In this document: positions 58,685 through 64,000 of the stretch, piece by piece
Position numbering within the stretch: the stretch's first letter is position 1
Layout: each line of letters starts with the position of its first letter
DNA from: Armatimonadota bacterium
GTDB taxonomy: Bacteria > Armatimonadota > UBA5829 > DTLH01
NCBI GenBank assembly: GCA_039679675.1
Contig: JBDKUN010000019.1
Location: 11,017 to 75,016 of the forward strand
DNA length: 64,000 nt
Direction: 5' to 3'
The notes under the pieces: generated by a model
What the model was told of the DNA's origin: nothing
Database searches by the model: none
Seen by the model: the letters and a program-made list of their open reading frames with translations, nothing else
Program-made: the position numbers and the translations under genes

Positions 58685-59245
58685 CTATCTATATGTCACA
58701 AACCGACTCTGTGCGGAAGCATATCGACCCTTCAGTCCCAACTCTTTCACCCGGATACGCATTGCTGACAGACTGACACCGAACCGGCTGGCCATCACAG
58801 GAACCCGTCCGGTGGGGTTCGACGCCAGCTCACTCCACCACTCCCGAACCAGCCAGTGCGGCATAAGGAGTGCCGCTGCGAAACGATCAGCCCGAATCTC
58901 TTCTATCGGCCTGGATGATACATATGTTCGCCTTAGCTCGCAAACTGTGCCAGGCTGCGCATTTTTCGGAAGCATCAAGTGATGTCCTATCTCGTGTGCG
59001 ATAGTCCACCGACGTCTGACGGGATGCAGATCCAGCAGGCTATTGACGCGGATTACTCTCTGACCTTTTTGTGTTACAACATAAAGACCGTATATATCCG
59101 GGTCCATATATTTCTTATAAAATCTAATGCGAAGAAACTTCCGAACAGCGTCCAGATCCACTGGTGGCTCAAGCTCCAGCCTTTTCCAGGCCGATTCCGC
59201 ATACCGCTCGAGCGGATCCAAATAATAAGTTTTTGTACTACTCAA
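58685..59245 (-). CDS. ImmA/IrrE-family metallopeptidase (anti-repressor)
   Basis: RRRWTIAHEIGH, E..ADRFAAALLMP, FGVS; adjacent to an XRE repressor. Confidence 0.92.
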   Translation of the reverse strand: MSSTKTYYLDPLERYAESAWKRLELEPPVDLDAVRKFLRIRFYKKYMDPDIYGLYVVTQKGQRVIRVNSLLDLHPVRRRWTIAHEIGHHLMLPKNAQPGTVCELRRTYVSSRPIEEIRADRFAAALLMPHWLVREWWSELASNPTGRVPVMASRFGVSLSAMRIRVKELGLKGRYASAQSRFVTYR

Positions 59246-59357
59246 TGCCTGCTACCTTACAAAAAAGAAAAGCCCGTAGCACTACCTCAAACTGCATAGC
59301 TTATAACTAGCAGCCCGTGATACTGCTGCGGGCTTGGATTTTACTACTACGATTAAT

Positions 59358-59735
59358 CTATTCTTCTATATCCTCTTGTCCATCGACATCTTCTATGACC
59401 TCGCGGACATATTTCATTATGCGCTCTTGCTTCTCAGGAGTTAGCTTGCCTTCGATGCGGTATTTCGCAATGACATTCTCAATGCCTTCGACTGGATTGC
59501 CCGGTTCCTCATAACCAGCTGCTACTAGGAGTTTGTGCAGGTCTGAATCGAGCCCATTAGCAAATTTCTCAATTATGGCCTTGGATGGCACCCGACCAGC
59601 AGCCATTTTTCGGATGTATTCATCACTCACTCCAGTTTTATAACTCGCTTGGTTTGCGCTTATGCCTGCGAGAGCGTCTCTGACTGCTTCAGCAAATTTA
59701 GGCTTAACTATTGTTATGTGTGGCATTGCCAACAC
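59358..59735 (-). CDS. XRE-family HTH repressor (ImmR/CI-like)
   Basis: ISANQASYKTGVSDEYIRKMAAGRVPS...KFANGL...LLVAAGY; divergent from the early operon. Confidence 0.8.
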   Translation of the reverse strand: MLAMPHITIVKPKFAEAVRDALAGISANQASYKTGVSDEYIRKMAAGRVPSKAIIEKFANGLDSDLHKLLVAAGYEEPGNPVEGIENVIAKYRIEGKLTPEKQERIMKYVREVIEDVDGQEDIEE

Positions 59736-59804
59736 CTTTCTTGTTGCTCGGTGACATTATATCGCTACAACTCAAAAAAAGTCTAACAAGTTCTAAATTC
59801 CTTA

Positions 59805-59858
59805 TTGACAACTAATTAGTTGGTGGTATACTGTATTTACCACCAACTGATTAGTTGG
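59805..59858 (+). promoter_or_regulatory. Early promoter with two operator palindromes
   Basis: TTGACA-16 nt-TATACT; CAACTAATTAGTTG (59809-59822) and CAACTGATTAGTTG (59844-59857). Confidence 0.8.
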
Positions 59859-59886
59859 CTAATATCAATGAAAGGACCTTCGATCT

Positions 59887-60132
59887 ATGAATGGACTTCC
59901 GCCACATAATCAAAGGCGACTTAACAAAGAGATCAAGGAACACTATGGAACTAAATACGCTGACTGGTATGACCTGGCCAAAGAAATGATATTGGCTGGA
60001 GCCACATACAGGGAAATCCGAGATCGTTTCTCAGATCTGGGAGTGTCTGTGTCAATCTTCACTGTCCACAACTGGATCAAGACTCGTGAAGCTGAAGAAA
60101 GTGCCCATGCTACCTTTGTCACCTCTCATTGA
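59887..60132 (+). CDS. Small HTH protein in the Cro position
   Basis: GATYREIRDRF...VSIFTVHNWIK; AAAGGA RBS; first gene of the early operon. Confidence 0.6.
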   Translation: MNGLPPHNQRRLNKEIKEHYGTKYADWYDLAKEMILAGATYREIRDRFSDLGVSVSIFTVHNWIKTREAEESAHATFVTSH

Positions 60133-60419
60133 TATTACCCGGGGTGACGCAATTCTAGCAGTGGCAATGGTGGGGATGTTTTCAGTCTATCCCCAAAATG
60201 ATGAGTTTGTAACTGTAAGTATTACCGGGATTTTGAAGAGGCAAATTATGAAAAAACAACAGATTTTAAATCGTCCAGGAGGCGCAAACGGCAGGACGCC
60301 GGATGGTTGGGGAGAGGATAAGGAGGTAGTTACCTTGGCCGGAGCTGCCTCCCAATCCACACACGAAAGCGTACCACGATCAGCCTTCACAGTCAATAAA
60401 AATCATAAGGGAGGCTGCC

Positions 60420-60626
60420 ATGAATGAAGGTCTTTCGCGCGAAACCTATTCAGTGCCGGAGGCTGCCAAGGTGATAGGCATAGGCGAAAACTCATTGTAT
60501 GACGCAATACGTGAGAAACGCATACCCCATCTACGATTCGGCCGCAAGATCGTAATTCCCAAAGCCGCGCTGCAGCATTTCCTGGAGATGCCGGATTTCC
60601 GCGGCATATTGGAGACTCAGCCATGA
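60420..60626 (+). CDS. xis: Excisionase-like HTH_17 protein
   Basis: YSVPEAAKVIGIGENSLYDAIREKRIPHLRFGRKIVIPK; GGAGG RBS. Confidence 0.8.
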   Translation: MNEGLSRETYSVPEAAKVIGIGENSLYDAIREKRIPHLRFGRKIVIPKAALQHFLEMPDFRGILETQP

Positions 60627-60736
60627 CAAACAACCGTGATCTCTGCAAAGCCGTCTCGAACATCCTGGCTGGGATTATCACCGCACTTATAGTGCTGACC
60701 GTGCTATGCCAGCTAGTGATCATCCCTGGGAGGTGA
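60623..60736 (+). CDS. 37-aa single-helix membrane peptide (not in the ORF track)
   Basis: MTNNRDLCKAVSNILAGIITALIVLTVLCQLVIIPGR; GGAG RBS and ATGA overlap with xis. Confidence 0.55.
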   Translation: MTNNRDLCKAVSNILAGIITALIVLTVLCQLVIIPGR

Positions 60737-60741
60737 GGCCG

Positions 60742-60972
60742 ATGCTCAGATACTTAATGCCTGGTTGGGACCAGCTCAGCCGGGATTCAAAACAGTGGTT
60801 CAGGCGGCTGTTTGTTATCGCTGCAATTGTCGGCTGCATTCTGGGTGCTATAGCTGCTCACAACGATTTTATCAGGACAATGCACCGTCCGGACACGCCG
60901 ATCAGCGCGGAGGCGGACATGCAGGACTATGCCGAGTACCGGCAAGTGACGCAGGGAACGCCCTCCAGATAA
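60742..60972 (+). CDS. Small membrane protein (ATG 60742 after GGAGGTGA)
   Basis: One hydrophobic helix LFVIAAIVGCILGAIAA. Confidence 0.55.
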   Translation: MLRYLMPGWDQLSRDSKQWFRRLFVIAAIVGCILGAIAAHNDFIRTMHRPDTPISAEADMQDYAEYRQVTQGTPSR

Positions 60973-61002
60973 CCCGGGGGGTTCATACGAAAGGATAAAT
61001 CT

Positions 61003-61581
61003 ATGTCTGTCAAAACAAAACTGCTCAGCGTAATGCTGCAGGTACCATATCTCGCTGCTGACCGTCAGATGCCCAAGGAAGCAGGTGGCTATATGTACCT
61101 GTCAGAGGACCGGTTGACAGGTGAACTCCATCCACGGTTCGCAGAGCTGGGATTGATTATCTATCCTACCGGTATGAGCATCATATCCGAAAGCGACGAT
61201 GGCAAAACCCAAACCCGTTATGTTCGCGTCGAAGCACATTACCGGATTGTCGATACCGAGGACGATAGCTATATTGACATAGTGGCTCTGGGAGAGGGTT
61301 CGGACAAACGGGACAAAGCCTTATCGAAGGCGCTCACATCGGCATATAAAGCTGCGCTGCTGCAGACGCTTATGATCAGCAACGGTCCGGCCAGCGATGC
61401 GGAACGGCCAGGCTCCCACGGTAAGAAATCATCGAAGGAGCCGGTCGTTTGTTCGACTCCTGGCTGCGGTGCTGTTCTGACACCCGGACAATTGGCCTAC
61501 AGCGAGAAAGCTTTCGGTAAGCCGCTCTGCATGCACTGTCAGAATGTCGAGAAATCCAAAGAGACTGCTAAGGAGAAATGA
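61003..61581 (+). CDS. ERF-family ssDNA-annealing protein with C-terminal zinc finger
   Basis: GEGSDKRDKALSKALTSAYK..L; CSTPGC...LCMHCQ. Confidence 0.78.
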   Translation: MSVKTKLLSVMLQVPYLAADRQMPKEAGGYMYLSEDRLTGELHPRFAELGLIIYPTGMSIISESDDGKTQTRYVRVEAHYRIVDTEDDSYIDIVALGEGSDKRDKALSKALTSAYKAALLQTLMISNGPASDAERPGSHGKKSSKEPVVCSTPGCGAVLTPGQLAYSEKAFGKPLCMHCQNVEKSKETAKEK

Positions 61582-61847
61582 TGAATAGCTCTACTTTTCT
61601 TAGGGTCCGCTTGATCGATGTCCGGCCGCTGGCAGCCGGTTATCAGTTTCGGATCATCGGCCACGCGGACGACCTGGACGAGGCCAGGCGCAGGCTTGAA
61701 CGCGCCGTCCCGGCTGGCGCCCTGATGCAGGACACTCGTACCGGTACGTGGATGGTCCGGCGTGAATATAAATCGGTTGTTGAACGGCTCTTCCCCAGTT
61801 TCTCCCGGGGAGTTGCATTCGCAGATAACCAGGTCTCGTTATTTTAA
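61578..61847 (+). CDS. Hypothetical phage protein
   Basis: AAGGAG RBS; overlaps the stop of the preceding gene. Confidence 0.55.
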   Translation: MMNSSTFLRVRLIDVRPLAAGYQFRIIGHADDLDEARRRLERAVPAGALMQDTRTGTWMVRREYKSVVERLFPSFSRGVAFADNQVSLF

Positions 61848-61871
61848 CTGGCTCTATATCTCAGTAATAGG

Positions 61872-62753
61872 TTGGTAGTAATGCCTAACAAGGATTGCAC
61901 TGATAGTTATCCATTTACAGTCTGGTCCGGCCTGCTCACACCGGAGCATGTGCACAACATCGGACCGGCAAGCTGGGTGTATATGTGGTGTATAGATCGA
62001 ATAACTAAAGAGGAGGACGGGCTCGGTATTGTCCTTGGCGGCAAACCCGTTACATACGAGGACATCAGCCGAGACCTCGGCATACCTGTGCCCACAGTCC
62101 GAAAGCACGTCTCCAGGTTAAAGGCTTACGGCTATCTGGAGATCATCAGGACGCAGTCGGCAATTAAGATTTTTGTTACCAAATCCAAGAAGTTCAAAGT
62201 GTCCAAAAATGGACACTTCCAAAAATCCGAAACGCCCAAAAATGGACTATTAGACAATTCCGAAGTGCCCAAAAATGGGCGATTAGAACAGGTCGAAGCG
62301 TCCAAAAATGGACACTCAAAGCATCCAAAAATGGACGGCGAAACGTCCAAAAATGGGCACTCAAAGCGTCCAAAAATGGACGTTTCCCTAGATAGTACAT
62401 GTAATAGAGAATTTAGTGTACATGACAGTAAGTTAGACATAACAGAGACAGTAAATGAAGACATGTCTTCTCTCTCTATTGCTGATGTCAAAAATACTTT
62501 CTTGCAATTAATATCCCCAACAGGCTTACCCTACAACGTTTCGAAGGCCATCGAATACGCCTCTCATGACTACGGCATACCCGCAGTCATTGGGGCCATT
62601 AAAACCGCTGTGAAAGCCGGAAGGAGATCCTGGAGTTATACCAACGGCATCCTCCAGCATTCATCAGCCGAAGGCACTCTGGATAAACTCAGCGGCATAA
62701 CATCAGCCGAGGAAGGATGCGAGGATGATTACGAATCCTATGTCAAACGTTAA
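61872..62753 (+). CDS. Phage replication initiator (N-terminal wHTH, DnaD-like C-terminus)
   Basis: TYEDISRDLGIPVPTVRKHVSRLKAYGYL; SWSYTNGIL; internal iterons; followed by a DnaC-like gene. Confidence 0.8.
   Translation: MVVMPNKDCTDSYPFTVWSGLLTPEHVHNIGPASWVYMWCIDRITKEEDGLGIVLGGKPVTYEDISRDLGIPVPTVRKHVSRLKAYGYLEIIRTQSAIKIFVTKSKKFKVSKNGHFQKSETPKNGLLDNSEVPKNGRLEQVEASKNGHSKHPKMDGETSKNGHSKRPKMDVSLDSTCNREFSVHDSKLDITETVNEDMSSLSIADVKNTFLQLISPTGLPYNVSKAIEYASHDYGIPAVIGAIKTAVKAGRRSWSYTNGILQHSSAEGTLDKLSGITSAEEGCEDDYESYVKR
62201..62381. repeat. Iteron cluster, putative replication origin
   Basis: Seven copies of CCAAAAATGGRC (62203, 62236, 62269, 62302, 62325, 62347, 62370). Confidence 0.85.
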
Positions 62754-63573
62754 CATCATTTCCGGGATGCAGTTCGGCGGCGAACAGCCTGTTCCGTCGA
62801 TATGTGAGTCGTGCGGGATGGTCAGAGCTTATCACAAGCACGATGAGTTCACCTGGGTGCGTGAGAAATGCCAGTGCGATTACCGGAGGGAGGAGCAGCG
62901 CCAGGCAGCTCAAAACCGGGCGCGGGATCTGCAGATTTCATCGCTTATCACAAATGGTCTGCGTGAGCTCAATATCCCGAATAGGTACAGTCGCACATCA
63001 CACAGCGACACTCGATTTACGCCATTGATGGCCTGGGCTGAATCAGTCACAAATCAACACAAGGGATGGTTTATCTATGGCGGCGTCGGGTTCGGTAAGA
63101 CAAAACTCGCGTTTGACATGCTACGCCGTGCCACCGAATTTGGTGCGCTCATCATTGGGCGAGATCGGCTGGACATCAGCAGGATACAGAGATTGGGCGC
63201 GAACTGGCTGTGTGTTCCCGATTGGGTGAATATGCAAAAGCCCGGTCACAACGATCCCGCAACAGCCGAAACGCTTGATCGAATCCAGCGGGCATATCTC
63301 CTGCTGATCGATGATATTCTGCCCAAGAGACCGGATGACCCAAAATACTCCGATGGTTTACCGGCCAGGGAATTACGGCCATCCGCGTTCTACGTCGAGA
63401 AGGTTCATTCGCTCATCAATGATCGTAATAACCGATGCCTGCCTACCATTATCACCAGTAACTATGACTTGGCACAGATAGGGAAACTGTTCGGGCGGCC
63501 AACGATGAGTCGGATATGCGAGATGTGCGAGCAGTTCGAACTGACCGGCCGGGACTGGAGAAAAGGAGAATAA
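62725..63573 (+). CDS. DnaC/IstB-like AAA+ helicase loader
   Basis: CESC..CQC; GGVGFGKT; LLLIDD; PTIITSN; SRICEMC...GRDWR. Confidence 0.85.
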   Translation: MITNPMSNVNIISGMQFGGEQPVPSICESCGMVRAYHKHDEFTWVREKCQCDYRREEQRQAAQNRARDLQISSLITNGLRELNIPNRYSRTSHSDTRFTPLMAWAESVTNQHKGWFIYGGVGFGKTKLAFDMLRRATEFGALIIGRDRLDISRIQRLGANWLCVPDWVNMQKPGHNDPATAETLDRIQRAYLLLIDDILPKRPDDPKYSDGLPARELRPSAFYVEKVHSLINDRNNRCLPTIITSNYDLAQIGKLFGRPTMSRICEMCEQFELTGRDWRKGE

Positions 63574-63574
63574 G

Positions 63575-63787
63575 TTGACTTACTTGCTTGCTATCGCCAG
63601 CCTTATCGGCACGGTCGCAAATGTCTACAAGCTTAGATGGTGCTTTGCCATCTGGCTCATCACTAATACGCTCTGGTGTATACACAATGCCCATATCGGC
63701 CAGTATGCGCAAAGCGGCCTGAACGCTGTATATGCCGGACTGGCGGCTTGGGGACTGTGGCAATGGCGAAGACCAAAACCAAGCTGA
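63575..63787 (+). CDS. Small PnuC-like membrane protein
   Basis: Three short hydrophobic helices, WLITNTLW, GLWQW; AAAGGAG RBS. Confidence 0.55.
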   Translation: MTYLLAIASLIGTVANVYKLRWCFAIWLITNTLWCIHNAHIGQYAQSGLNAVYAGLAAWGLWQWRRPKPS

Positions 63788-63996
63788 TGACTCGGGAGGA
63801 AATAGACCTCCGCTGCAGTGGATGCGACCAGGCGGTCAACGCGGTCGGCTGTGGTATGCCGAGCATCAAGAACAAGGCCTGCATGCTCGCTCCGGTGGAA
63901 GACAAGGCGAATAACGACGAGAAATACGGCCGGATATATCGCTCGATCTACGCAGTTCGAAGATGTCCGGCTGGGGAGAGGAAAGGATTGAAATGA
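63763..63996 (+). CDS. Hypothetical Cys-containing phage protein (start uncertain; ORF track starts 63676)
   Basis: Open frame co-oriented with the early operon; CSGC motif. Confidence 0.4.
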   Translation: MAKTKTKLMTREEIDLRCSGCDQAVNAVGCGMPSIKNKACMLAPVEDKANNDEKYGRIYRSIYAVRRCPAGERKGLK

Positions 63997-64000
63997 GCAC

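Larger units (their letters stand above)
44985..64000. mobile_element. Prophage-like integrative element, left end; continues beyond the window
   Basis: tRNA-derived att block, tyrosine integrase, ImmA/ImmR/Cro/Xis switch, ERF, replication initiator and DnaC-like loader in temperate-phage order; no structural genes inside the window. Confidence 0.88.

Noticed and set aside
56660..58911. DGR template/variable repeat pair
   Set aside because: Mismatches are mostly synonymous and not adenine-specific; no reverse transcriptase in the window
60086..60427. 113-aa ORF between the Cro-position gene and xis
   Set aside because: It overlaps both neighbours and has no motif; a shorter ORF from 60248 is possible but unsupported
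62201..62381. CRISPR array
   Set aside because: Repeats are only 12-14 bp with short spacers, lie inside a CDS, and no cas genes are present

Overview
The window has three parts. (1) 1-19.5 kb is housekeeping: a dcw cluster (ftsI-murE-murF-mraY-murD-ftsW-murG-murC) that stops after murC, then a PAP2 phosphatase, argC-argJ, tRNA-Leu(CAA) and polA-rpsA-coaE. (2) 19.9-45 kb holds a co-oriented six-gene cell-surface cluster (two CsgG/HfaB-like proteins, an S8 protease and a paralogue sharing a FlgD-Ig-like C-terminal module, a ~3000-aa repeat protein and a probable outer-membrane barrel). It is followed by a GH116 glycosidase, a second PAP2 and an SdrD-B-like protein. (3) 45 kb to the end is the left end of a prophage-like element: a 3' half of tRNA-Ser(TGA), a tyrosine integrase, ~12 kb of cargo (surface protein plus two PEP-CTERM proteins; N6-methyltransferase plus small PD-(D/E)XK protein; Mrr-like nuclease), an ImmA/ImmR/Cro/Xis switch, an ERF recombinase and an iteron-bearing replication initiator with a DnaC-like loader. 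Protein motifs suggest an Armatimonadota host (inference). The most notable unexplained signals are: cargo modules delimited by diverged duplicates of the element's own core sequences, a structured integrase leader, att-site geometry that does not fit normal tRNA integration, a tandem-motif structured region between ftsI and murE, and the surface cluster as a candidate secretion/assembly system. All calls come from reading motifs by eye; no searches or folding programs were run.
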